A stretch of DNA of 64,000 bases. Source: Nostoc sp. Lineage in GTDB: Bacteria; Cyanobacteriota; Cyanobacteriia; Cyanobacteriales; Nostocaceae. Made by a program: the position numbers and the translations under genes. The stretch lies in contig JBALDB010000032.1 of the NCBI GenBank assembly GCA_036918135.1, positions 64,001-128,000 of the forward strand, read 5' to 3'. The notes beneath the pieces are model-generated. The model ran no database searches, was not told the DNA's origin, and saw only the letters and a list, made by a program, of their open reading frames with translations. This document shows, piece after piece, positions 10,294 to 21,702 of the stretch; positions within the stretch are counted from its first letter, which is position 1; the number at the start of each line of letters is the position of its first letter.

Positions 10294-11127
10294 CTAATCT
10301 AAGAAAGCTTGTTGTTGCAGGCAATAATGCAAAAACACTTCTTGCTCAACTTGATGAACTTCTAAAAGTTGCAATTTCGGAGCTAAATGTGATAAAAATC
10401 CTTTACCATCTACAGGCGTGGGTGCGGTACTGCCACCTAAAATCAGCGGACAGACAGTCAACCATAATTCATCGATTAAATCTAATTCCAGCAAGGAAGC
10501 TACTAATTTACCTCCACCCAAAACCACCAAGCGTGTTATATGTATAGTGGCTAGATACTTCAATGCTGCGAGGATGTCAATTTCTCCCGTTGATGTTTCA
10601 AAAACCATAATCTGCTCAAATTCTGGAGGACACTCCTGTGCAGAGGTTTGAGAAGCAACAGTTTCCTCTAGTTCAAACAGTTGTTCCAACTGCTGCCCTT
10701 TTGGCAAGCCAGCACCGTGTTGGCCTTTATCCAATTGAAGCGAGTGGCGCAATCCCTTTTCGCCTCTGTTCCAAGAAACTGCTCCCGCTGTTGTCGTAAG
10801 TAACCAACGTTTAACTGGTTGCTTAAAAAACTTAATTTCCGGATTCAGGTTTCCAGAACGTGTAATCACTATATGAACTGGCTGAGGGGGCTTAACCCCT
10901 TGTGCTCGATGTTGCAGTAAAGTTGGATCTGTTACGGTAAGTGTGGTTCCGTAGGCGGCGACAGTACCAGCACCGAATAAAACGGCATCTGAGGCAGCGA
11001 TTTGTTTTTCTAAGTGTGCTTTATCAGCCCTTGAACCAAACCGAGCAGGCGATCGCTTAAAATCTGCTATCTTGCCATCTACACTCATTGCTAAAACAAC
11101 TGTAGTATGAGGACGATGTTGCAACAT
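10294..11127 (-). CDS. RibD C-terminal-domain (DHFR-fold) reductase
   Basis: LAMSVDGKIA, DAVLFGAGT, VLGGGKL, LIDELWLTVCPLILGG motifs. Confidence 0.88.
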   Translation of the reverse strand: MLQHRPHTTVVLAMSVDGKIADFKRSPARFGSRADKAHLEKQIAASDAVLFGAGTVAAYGTTLTVTDPTLLQHRAQGVKPPQPVHIVITRSGNLNPEIKFFKQPVKRWLLTTTAGAVSWNRGEKGLRHSLQLDKGQHGAGLPKGQQLEQLFELEETVASQTSAQECPPEFEQIMVFETSTGEIDILAALKYLATIHITRLVVLGGGKLVASLLELDLIDELWLTVCPLILGGSTAPTPVDGKGFLSHLAPKLQLLEVHQVEQEVFLHYCLQQQAFLD

Positions 11128-11412
11128 GAGATTAGTTTGATAGTTTTGCTTGTTAGTGTATAAATATTAAAAAATCCATGCTTGCAAGCTGCTGTTTCAC
11201 AATTTCACTACTGTAACTATATGGAACACAAATCGTTTTCATATCTACCGTATATGAGTTTTGGTATACCACGTTTCTTTTTCTACTATAACAATTTGTT
11301 ATTTTTAAACATTGAACATCAAGTTATGATAATTTAACTAAATGTCTCATTTAGCTGGTCTAAGTTGCATATCTTTGCTTTTATGGTTTGCAGATGCAAA
11401 GTGAGACACTCG

Positions 11413-13536
11413 ATGAGTAATTCCCGTCAATCATCCTTTCGTCGAATTTTAGTAACGAGAATATTGCTTCTCTTTGTCCCAGTTTTACTGATAGGTGAAA
11501 TTGTCGCTTTGAATAAAGCACGTTCTAGCCTATTAGCAACTGCTCGTCAAAATTTAACAGAAAGCGCTATCAGTAAAGGGGAGAAAACAACAGATGCGAT
11601 CGCTCTGTTGAAAGCTGATTTGCTGGATGTCACTAAAACAACAGTAATTCCGTCGCGTTTGCCTAGCGAAGAAGATGAAATCCTCAGACAGCTAAAGCAA
11701 GAACTTCCAGCGAGTATTGAATGCATCCAATTAACAAATTTGCTCAACCAAAAAATAATTGCTAGTAATTGTGGCGAACGAGCAATTGGAGAATTAAGGT
11801 TTCCTTTGCCTAGTGACGGAGTTGATGTTAAGGCAATCTTTCCATCAAAGTCAGGAATGACTGGTAAAAGAAACAACCAAAATCTACTGCAATTAGTTTT
11901 AACTGCGCCAGTTTACGATCGCCGAGGAAATTTAGCTTACAGTTTAAGTATTCAGTCGGCACTCTACCAAAAAACGGTAAATCGTCCGGGATCGCTCACA
12001 GGCGCTATGGTAGTGATTGCTGAAGATGGCACAATTTTGGCGCATCCATTGACAAATTGGGTGGGAACTAATATCAAGCAGCATCCAAATGCTTCCCAAC
12101 TCCAAAGTATAATCAAAAATGCAATTGCTGGGCGAAATGATTCAAGAAATATATCTTTTCAAGGACAAGAATTACTAGCTGGCTATACGGCGATCGCAAA
12201 TCCACTCAGCCAACAAAAGCAAGAAAAATGGATTGTTTTAGCTGTTACTACTGTTGATAATGCGCTTTTTGGTTTAGAAGAAATTAAACTTATCCTCATC
12301 GTTTTAACAGTTGGTTTAATTGGTGCGAGTTTAGTAGCATCCTTATATTTAGCTCCTTACTTGGCAAGTCCTGTAGAAGAATTGCGAGACTACGCTCTAA
12401 ATATTCACTCTCACCACGCTGCACAACCAGTTCCTCGCAACTTCAAAATCCGAGAATTCAATCAACTAGCTCAAGCACTAGACCAAATGGTAGAACGACT
12501 CAAAGCTGGGTCAGAAGAACTAGAAATGGCTTGGAAAGAAGCAAAAAGTGCTAACCAAGTTAAAAGTCAGTTTTTGGCTACGACTTCCCATGAATTGAGA
12601 AACCCATTGAATATTATTATTAACTGTATTCGCTTAGTTGAAGAAGGCTTATGTGATGACCGAGAAGAAGAAGTAGAATTTCTCAAGCGTGCGGATGAAA
12701 CAGCAATTCACTTGCTAGGAATTATTAATGATTTACTCGATATTTCTAAAATTGAAGCAGGTAAACTCTCAGTAGTCACAACACCAATTGACCTCAGACA
12801 ATTACTGCTAGAGGTAATTAATTTACAATCAGTTAATGTTCAACAAAAAGGCTTGCAATTGAAATGTGAGTTAGATACTAAACCGATACCAATTAAGGCA
12901 GACGCTGCAAAACTCAAGCAGGTGCTAATTAATATTATTGGTAACGCTACTAAGTTCACTGACGCTGGAAGCATTACCATTGCTACAGAAATTGAATATA
13001 GTAATGGTGCTAAGGTAATAGTCAGTATCAAAGATACAGGTATAGGTATCGATCCGGCTCAACAGCACAAACTATTTCGTCCCTTTGTGATGGTGAACGG
13101 TGCAACCACACGCCAATATGAAGGTACTGGACTAGGATTAGCAATTTCACGGAACTTAATCGAACTCATGGGAGGTAGCATCTCTCTTGAGAGTGTAGGA
13201 CTTTATCAAGGTACGACAGTAAAGATTACTTTACCTTTGATTGATATCTCCCTGTTATCAATTCCCAAGAAAGAAGAAAATGTAGGGGATCTTGGATTCT
13301 CATCTGCAAATGAGGGGGTAAAGATAAGCCCTTACCCTAGCCTACAGGAGTCTGGCAGAAGTCTAGTTGTCGGGATCGACAAATCAGAGAAAGCAGGGGT
13401 AGACAAAAAGAACTCCTCGAACCTTCAACAACTACCTGGGAAGAAAATTTATCAAATTAGTCTTTCGCCTCATCAAACTATCCTGCTAAGTCTTCCAAAA
13501 GGAGGGGTTTGTGCAAATGGGACATCTCAAAGATAA
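11413..13536 (+). CDS. Membrane sensor histidine kinase (Cache-HAMP-HisKA-HATPase)
   Basis: Two TM segments, H-box SHELRNPL, N box NIIGNATKFT, G boxes DTGIG and GTGLGL. Confidence 0.92.
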   Translation: MSNSRQSSFRRILVTRILLLFVPVLLIGEIVALNKARSSLLATARQNLTESAISKGEKTTDAIALLKADLLDVTKTTVIPSRLPSEEDEILRQLKQELPASIECIQLTNLLNQKIIASNCGERAIGELRFPLPSDGVDVKAIFPSKSGMTGKRNNQNLLQLVLTAPVYDRRGNLAYSLSIQSALYQKTVNRPGSLTGAMVVIAEDGTILAHPLTNWVGTNIKQHPNASQLQSIIKNAIAGRNDSRNISFQGQELLAGYTAIANPLSQQKQEKWIVLAVTTVDNALFGLEEIKLILIVLTVGLIGASLVASLYLAPYLASPVEELRDYALNIHSHHAAQPVPRNFKIREFNQLAQALDQMVERLKAGSEELEMAWKEAKSANQVKSQFLATTSHELRNPLNIIINCIRLVEEGLCDDREEEVEFLKRADETAIHLLGIINDLLDISKIEAGKLSVVTTPIDLRQLLLEVINLQSVNVQQKGLQLKCELDTKPIPIKADAAKLKQVLINIIGNATKFTDAGSITIATEIEYSNGAKVIVSIKDTGIGIDPAQQHKLFRPFVMVNGATTRQYEGTGLGLAISRNLIELMGGSISLESVGLYQGTTVKITLPLIDISLLSIPKKEENVGDLGFSSANEGVKISPYPSLQESGRSLVVGIDKSEKAGVDKKNSSNLQQLPGKKIYQISLSPHQTILLSLPKGGVCANGTSQR

Positions 13537-13692
13537 AAGCAAAAAGATGACTGAGGACTGATGACTGTAAATAGGGGGATATTTTTTTATTTGTCAGTTT
13601 TTAAAAGAAAGAAGAAAAACAATGTTTCTCAGCCAGTCAAATTTCTTAATGTGTGGGACTCTTTTTTAGTTTTTAATTGTTAATTTTGACTG

Positions 13693-14796
13693 TTAACCAT
13701 CATTGAGAAATACAGGTTTGCCGCCTTCCTTTAAAGATAGTGAAAGAGCAGCAAGAATTTCTACTAACTGTGCGCCAACCCAGCCAGACGAAACCTCTGA
13801 GGAAGTATTGTTAAGAATACAGACAACAAAGCGATCGCAAACTCGCCCCAATGGTTCCCCTGGTTCTAATTCCAACATCACTTGGCTTTGATTTACAGGA
13901 ATAAATAGATTGCCCTGCTGTTCAAACTCCCCATGTAATAGGGTTAGAGGTGACAATTGCGACATTTCATCAAAAATTAAGCTGCCAAGGCTGCCTACAA
14001 TCCCTAACCGTCGTTGCTTGTCGGGATTTAGCCAGCACAAGTGAATATAAGCTTGAAAGTTATCTGGGTATGTCAGTGTTAGCCATACTAGGTCAGCCAA
14101 ACTTTGAGACACAGGGGCAGAGGGGCGGGGGGACAGAGGAGAATTTGTATTTTTGTTCCCCTCTGCTCCCCTGCTCCTCTGCTCCCCACCTGCCTGTAGC
14201 CACACCGTACCCGTTGCCTGTACTTTCACAGGTAATTGACCCAGCCATGTGTTAAAGATAGCAATATCGTGAATCGCTAAGTCCCATAGCGCATCAACAT
14301 CTTGCCGCACAGGCCCTAAATGGGTGCGGGTGGCGTAGCCATAGCGGAGATCCCCTAATTTACCTGCTTGAACTACAGTTTGCCCTCGCTCGACTGCTGG
14401 GTGAAATAAATAAGTGTGGTCAACCATGAGTATTAAATGATGCTGGTCTGCTAACTGGCAAAGTTCCCGGCATTCTGCTGGGTCGAGAGTTAGCGGTTTT
14501 TCTGCCAAAACATGGTATCCCTGTTGTAGAGCGTCTTTAATTAAAGCATAGTGCGTGGTAGCAGGAGTTGCGATCGCCACTGCTGTTAGTCCAGGCACTT
14601 GTTTTAAATCCTGCCACTGAGTTGTTATGACTACATCTGTTTCTAAATTGAACTGCTGTTTTACCGCCGCTAACCGTTCTGGATGGGGGTCTACTACAGC
14701 AACAACACTTACCTGAGGATGTGCTAAAAAATTTCGTAGTAAATGCACTCCCCAACGTCCAACTCCGATGACAGCGATTTTAATTTGGTTTGTCAT
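13693..14796 (-). CDS. Gfo/Idh/MocA family oxidoreductase
   Basis: Rossmann IAVIGVGRWG, AEKP, DLAIHDI motifs. Confidence 0.92.
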   Translation of the reverse strand: MTNQIKIAVIGVGRWGVHLLRNFLAHPQVSVVAVVDPHPERLAAVKQQFNLETDVVITTQWQDLKQVPGLTAVAIATPATTHYALIKDALQQGYHVLAEKPLTLDPAECRELCQLADQHHLILMVDHTYLFHPAVERGQTVVQAGKLGDLRYGYATRTHLGPVRQDVDALWDLAIHDIAIFNTWLGQLPVKVQATGTVWLQAGGEQRSRGAEGNKNTNSPLSPRPSAPVSQSLADLVWLTLTYPDNFQAYIHLCWLNPDKQRRLGIVGSLGSLIFDEMSQLSPLTLLHGEFEQQGNLFIPVNQSQVMLELEPGEPLGRVCDRFVVCILNNTSSEVSSGWVGAQLVEILAALSLSLKEGGKPVFLNDG

Positions 14797-14973
14797 TTGT
14801 TATTTGTTATTTGTCATTTGTCTTTTGTCACTTGTACTGAGCGACCTAACAGTGCGTCTCGTAGAGAAGTATTCGTCATTTGTCATTGGTAATTAGTTTT
14901 ATACAAATGACAAAGGGCAAATGATAATCAACTGAATTATTAGTTTTATTACAGTCTTTTGGGTTCAGGTTTT

Positions 14974-15684
14974 TTACTGATTATTAATTGCTAAAAAAGC
15001 TACTTTGGCTGCGGCTTGTTCGGCAGTTTTAATCGAGCGTCCCTTACCTTGTCCGAGCATGTTTCCGTGTAGCCAGACTTCAGCAACGAAACGTTCTTGA
15101 TTGCGGTATGGTTGATTAACTTCTACAACTCGATACTCTGGTAAAACCTTAAATTGTGCCTGTGTCCATTCTTGGAGAGCAGCTTTGTAATTAAGTCTAG
15201 CTGGATCGAGGCGAATTTCTGTCGCTAGTTTTTGAAAGTGAGGATCTAGCCAAGGGCGAATTAATTCTAAATTTTGAGTGCTTAAATAAAGCGCACCCAG
15301 AACTGCTTCAAAAGCATCTGCTAGTCGTGACTCTTGACCAACTTTATCAGCCGTAGCACTGCCAGCAACTAGTAAATATAGCTCCAAACCATATTCTCTA
15401 GCTAATTGCGCCAGAATGCGATCGCTCACTAACACTGAACGAATTGCCGCAAAATCCCCTACTGGACAATCTGGGTAATTTTCCCACAACACTACAGCTG
15501 ACACTAACCGTACCACTGCATCGCCAACAAACTCTAGCTGTTCATAATTTGCCGACTCAGAAACAGTAGCATGAGTCAGCGCTAAGTCCAATAGTTGCCA
15601 TTTGATTGGTGCTTCTGGTGGCAAACCAAATTTTTTGACTAAGTTTTCGAGTTGTCGTTGACGGCGTGGATAAACTAGGGTCAT
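14974..15684 (-). CDS. rnc: Ribonuclease III
   Basis: EQLEFVGDAV signature, ADAFEAVLGALY, C-terminal dsRBD (YKAALQEWTQ...GKGRSIKTAEQAAA). Confidence 0.95.
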   Translation of the reverse strand: MTLVYPRRQRQLENLVKKFGLPPEAPIKWQLLDLALTHATVSESANYEQLEFVGDAVVRLVSAVVLWENYPDCPVGDFAAIRSVLVSDRILAQLAREYGLELYLLVAGSATADKVGQESRLADAFEAVLGALYLSTQNLELIRPWLDPHFQKLATEIRLDPARLNYKAALQEWTQAQFKVLPEYRVVEVNQPYRNQERFVAEVWLHGNMLGQGKGRSIKTAEQAAAKVAFLAINNQ

Positions 15685-16535
15685 CAGTTCTTAGTCAAGA
15701 GTTATTAGTGATTAGTTATTGCTCATTCATGAATAAAGAAAGAGTCCGTAGTAAGCCAGCTAGCCTACATATTAACGATATTAAACACGTTTAAGCTTAG
15801 TTTTTTTCAAAACATACAAATCTTGTACAAATTAATCGTAGTGTTAGGCTATTCACTATTAATACAAGTAGTATATGTATTATGATTCTGGCACAAGTAG
15901 GCTATTAATTAGTTTACTCAAAATTACTCTAGCTATATTTGTCTGTCTTGATGTTGCTTTAAAGGGTCTGGTGACTGATACAGACCTTTGCTTCCCCAAC
16001 TTCTCCTACTCACTGTTCACAGTCATCAGTCAGCAATTTCAAACTGGATAATTTATTTTTTGGAGATCCCTTGTATTATTGGCTATTTAGCAACTGTTAT
16101 ACTTTGCAAACACGGCAACATAGTAAAGCTTCCTATGCTCTATCAGTTTACTAATTTTATTAAAATAAGTTACAAAAACTACTTCTTTGATAAGTCAATT
16201 ACAAGCTGGAGTTAATACAACTTAAGCTCAGTTTATACATAGTAATATTTAGTTACAAACGCTGGGTTTTTAATAAATAAAACTAATAAATTTTAAAAAA
16301 AAATAAATTATTAATTATAAAATATTAAATGATAAGTAAACTAGAATTTTTAGCTAAATACCTTATTGCTAAATTATCAATTAACAAGTTTTAGTAACTC
16401 CGGCATGTTCTGGAGTTACTCCAGTATCTTCTAAAGTAACTAAGAACAAGTTTTAGTTACTCTGGTCTTTGGAGTTTCAAGCCATAACGCAGCGTAACTG
16501 TTTTCTATTAATTTCAATAGATCGATACTAAAAAT

Positions 16536-16571
16536 AATGGAGTACAAACCTAAAAAGTTTGATACTCCATT
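16536..16571 (-). terminator. Probable intrinsic terminator of rnpB
   Basis: Hairpin AATGGAGTA..CAAAC/GTTTG..TACTCCATT immediately 3' of rnpB, followed by a T-rich tract on the minus strand. Confidence 0.6.
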
Positions 16572-16576
16572 TTGAA

Positions 16577-17004
16577 GGAAAGAGCAGGACATAAGCCGGG
16601 TTCTGTTCTCTTACGAGGGCAGTTATCTATCTGGGACGTCTGTTACCAGACGCCTCTAGCGGCTCTTATTGAGCGGAACTGGTAAAAAACCAACCGTAGT
16701 TCCTCTGGCCTTGCTCCCAACCGGGGTTTACCGAGCCAGCACCTCTCGATGCTGCTGGTGCGCTCTTACCGCACCTTTGCACCCTTACCAAATTTGTCCT
16801 TTGTCTTTTGTCGTTTGTCCTTTGTTATTTCACTAATGACTAATGACTAATGACTGATGACTAATTGGCGGTATCTTTCTGTGGCACTATCCTCACGATC
16901 GCTCGCACTGGACGTTATCCAGCAAGTTTGGTCTTTCGGGAGTCCGGACTTTCCTCAAACCAGTAACTATGACCAGTCTGCAACCGCCTGCGCCTACTCT
17001 CTCC
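16577..17004 (-). ncRNA. rnpB: RNase P RNA (type A) with STRR insertion
   Basis: Minus strand has GAGGAAAGTCCGG, AGTGCCACAGAAA, AAGGGTGCAAAGGTGCGGTAAGAGCGCAC and ACAGAACCCGGCTTA; P1 pairs GGAGAGAGTAGG with CCTGCTCTTTCC. Confidence 0.97.
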
Positions 17005-17137
17005 CTAAATCAAGTGTAATCTTGGATGGCATAGTGTGTTGGCTTGAGGTGAGGTTCGTTGACGGATGACGGTTAACAGTTGACCGTCAGCAGCCAATAA
17101 GAAAAAATATGCTGCATTAGATGCAAGGGCAGCTTAT

Positions 17138-17288
17138 TAAGTAGGTCGGCGTGAATATTTATCGTTGGAATAAGGCAGGAGGCAAGAGGCAGTCTTTCGA
17201 CTACGCTTAACAACCAGGCGTGAGGGAAGAGGATTTAAGCCTATTTAATTTTTATTAACATAGTTTTTTTTCCACACCGTTTTACTTA
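17138..17288. mobile_element. MITE-like element with TA ends
   Basis: Imperfect terminal inverted repeats TAAGTAGGTCGGCGTGAA / TTCCACACCGTTTTACTTA; the right end overlaps the stop codon of the adjacent gene. Confidence 0.45.
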
Positions 17289-17981
17289 TTTCTTTTTATT
17301 CCAAGGTAGGGCGTAAGTCCAAGGTAATTTTCTGACTGTGAAAGGACAATTAATAATGCTAATGGGAGGGAAGTTAATCCCAGGAGCTAAACCTATACGC
17401 ACTTCAGATATTCTTAATACTAATTGTAGAGAGAAATCTAACTCCTTTCTTCTATTTATAAAGTCGTTGTACAATTTTTTTTGTCCTTTTTGCAGCCCAT
17501 TGATATCAATCAGTGGTTTTTTCGCTGAGTAGGTTCCAGTTGCTTGGTCACGTTGAAAAACATCTTCTGCTGTCACTGTCTCAGAAAGTGTTTTCTTGGG
17601 AACAATCAAGCTAGGACTTTGGGGTACAGCTAAGTCGCGGGTTAAGTCTGGTGATTTGCGGATTACTCGGCGCGATTGTTTGCTATGTTCGACTACCAAG
17701 GAGCTATTATCCCAGTCAACGTAGACGGCAATATTATCAGATTTATTTTCTATACTAATGGATAACTCTTTCAAATCATCAATTGGATAAGAAGATTTGA
17801 ATCTAAAGGAAATTCCAATTTTGTCATCGAGATTTTGTTCTTTTAACTGCTCCTCGACAAATCCTTTTTTAAACTCAAATTTAATTTGGTCGTCGATGGA
17901 TTCAATCATCCGGTTAAAAACATAGGATACACCAATGATATAAATCGTCAAAACTACTAAATTCTGGTCGCTACTCCTCAT
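17286..17981 (-). CDS. Hypothetical protein with N-terminal TM helix
   Basis: 231-aa ORF with GAGGAG RBS, directly downstream of corA on the same strand. Confidence 0.8.
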   Translation of the reverse strand: MRSSDQNLVVLTIYIIGVSYVFNRMIESIDDQIKFEFKKGFVEEQLKEQNLDDKIGISFRFKSSYPIDDLKELSISIENKSDNIAVYVDWDNSSLVVEHSKQSRRVIRKSPDLTRDLAVPQSPSLIVPKKTLSETVTAEDVFQRDQATGTYSAKKPLIDINGLQKGQKKLYNDFINRRKELDFSLQLVLRISEVRIGLAPGINFPPISIINCPFTVRKLPWTYALPWNKKK

Positions 17982-18046
17982 AATTTTAAAATATAACTCC
18001 GGGTGTTAATAAAAAATTATTCAACTCATTGTTTACGTGCAATTCT

Positions 18047-19189
18047 TTAGTCACGTTTAATTGTGAAAGAATTTTGTAGCCAGCCTCGTTGCCAGAAAAA
18101 CAATAGTAAACCAAGGGCGATCGCTATCATCAGTGCCCAACACATTGGATAGCCCCAATACCAATTTAATTCAGGCATATTATATGGTGATTTCTCGGTA
18201 TTGAAATTCATACCATATATTCCGGCAACAAAAGTCAATGGAATAAAAATTGATGAAACCACTGTTAAGACTTTCATGATTTCATTCATTTTGTTGCTCA
18301 CTGCTGAAAGATAGACATCCATTAATCCAGATGCTAGTTCTCGGTAAGTTTCTACCATATCCATTACTTGCACGGTATGGTCATAACAATCTCGCAGGTA
18401 GATTCGCACGTCTTCACTAATCAAATCACTGCCATCTCGAATCAAGGAATTAATTGCATCTCGCTGCGGCCAGACAGCTCGGCGTAGTTGTAGTAATTCT
18501 CGCCTAATTTGATAAATATTTTGTAATGTTTGCGGAGTTGGTTTAACTATTACTTCCTCTTCTAATTCTTCGATTCGCTCACCATAAAGTTCTAGTACTG
18601 GAAAATAGCCATCAATAATCGCATCTAACAGAGCATAAGCTAAATAATCTGCTTTTTGAGAGCGGATGGTGCCTTTACCTTTTTCAATTCGCGATCGCAC
18701 TGGTTCAAAGCAATCATGCTCTGGTTCTTCTTGGACTGTAAGCAAATAATTTTTACTCAATATTAAACTCACTTGTTCGCTGTAAAAGCCACATGTTTTT
18801 TCCTTTGGTACTACCATGCGAGCAATGAAAAGTAATTGGTCTTCATAATCCTCTGTTTTCGGACGCTCCGGTACATTGACCACATCTTCTAAAACCAGAG
18901 GATGCAAATCAAAAACTCGACCCAATCTTTGTAATATGTCTTGAGACCCTAAACCTTGTACGTCTACCCAAGAAACAGTTTCCATCTCTAGATATGGACT
19001 ACATTCTTCTGGAGTTGCTACTTGTTCGTGGATAAAATTGGTTTGGTTATAGTCAATCAAGAAAATTATCGGTGCTGGAGCATTTGCATCAATAAAAATC
19101 GTTCCTGGCAGAGTTCCTGGTTGGTGATAGAACTCTTCTTCAAATGGCTTATTTACTACTTTCGGAGCGCGGCGCAGTTTTCGTGCCAT
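18047..19189 (-). CDS. corA: Magnesium/cobalt transporter CorA
   Basis: LHPLVLED, YLRDCYDH, YGMNF signature, MPEL, two C-terminal TMs. Confidence 0.96.
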   Translation of the reverse strand: MARKLRRAPKVVNKPFEEEFYHQPGTLPGTIFIDANAPAPIIFLIDYNQTNFIHEQVATPEECSPYLEMETVSWVDVQGLGSQDILQRLGRVFDLHPLVLEDVVNVPERPKTEDYEDQLLFIARMVVPKEKTCGFYSEQVSLILSKNYLLTVQEEPEHDCFEPVRSRIEKGKGTIRSQKADYLAYALLDAIIDGYFPVLELYGERIEELEEEVIVKPTPQTLQNIYQIRRELLQLRRAVWPQRDAINSLIRDGSDLISEDVRIYLRDCYDHTVQVMDMVETYRELASGLMDVYLSAVSNKMNEIMKVLTVVSSIFIPLTFVAGIYGMNFNTEKSPYNMPELNWYWGYPMCWALMIAIALGLLLFFWQRGWLQNSFTIKRD

Positions 19190-19563
19190 GAAATATTACC
19201 TAATAGTAATTTGTCATTTATTACAAAGTTCTGATGTCTGACGAGAAGCCGCCCTTCGGGTGTCTACCCAAGAAACCTCCGATTAGTGACTTTGCCCTTT
19301 GTCAGTTGTCATTGATAAATAACAAAAGACAAATAGTAAATGACATACATATAATTTTACAAAAATTAATCAAAAGGCAGTAATTTTTAAATTACATAAT
19401 TGATTTACGTGGTTAATTTGGTCATCAGCATTTTATTAGTCATTAGTTATACTTACGACTAACCACTGAAAACGTTGATAATTAAATTTATTTATGTTCA
19501 GGAAGTTACCAGCAATACAGATAACATATTGCTTCTAAATCAGCAATGGTAGATATAAAAAAA

Positions 19564-19588
19564 CAGTTTGTCTTGAGAAGACAAACTG
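19564..19588 (-). terminator. Probable intrinsic terminator downstream of groEL
   Basis: Perfect 11-bp stem CAGTTTGTCTT-GAG-AAGACAAACTG followed by T7 on the minus strand. Confidence 0.6.
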
Positions 19589-19760
19589 CTTAAAAAATAT
19601 TTATCTAAAAATTCAGGAGCAAAGCCAGAGACCTTTGCCTGGATTTCTCACTTGTGAGAAATCCAAGGAGTGTGTCCGGTGTGGGAGGAAAAGGAAGTGT
19701 GGCAGGAGAGGGAAGAAAACCAGGTGTGTGAGGATGGAGAAGATGGGGAAGAAATCTTTC

Positions 19761-19819
19761 CCCCCACACTTCCCACACTTCCCACACTCCCCACACTCCC
19801 CACACCTCCCACACTCCCA
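19761..19819. repeat. 9-bp tandem repeat (CCCACACTY)n
   Basis: About six consecutive CCCACACT(T/C)-type units. Confidence 0.8.
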
Positions 19820-19875
19820 GAAATCCGGGTTTGCAGCTTTGGTTGCAAATTGTTACATCTGTGGGCGAACAGAGA

Positions 19876-21549
<1,674 letters not shown>

Positions 21550-21578
21550 TTATTTCTCAAGCGCTTCCATTAGACAAT

Positions 21579-21605
21579 TTAGCACTCACAGGACAAGAGT
21601 GCTAA
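21579..21605. promoter_or_regulatory. CIRCE element (HrcA operator)
   Basis: Exact TTAGCACTC-N9-GAGTGCTAA, 33 bp upstream of groEL. Confidence 0.97.
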
Positions 21606-21702
21606 TCTCTCCAGCAAGTCAAGTTACAAATGGAAATAAAAAATTGATTAATATACAGGTGATGCTCATACTAAATACTGGCAGTAATGCTTGAATTGGG
21701 AG

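Noticed and set aside
14974..17004. Functional linkage of rnc/rnpB to the Ro/Y RNA locus
   Set aside because: They are more than 12 kb away with unrelated genes between; proximity is probably coincidental.
16857..17069. 70-aa ORF on the + strand
   Set aside because: Antisense to rnpB with no protein features.
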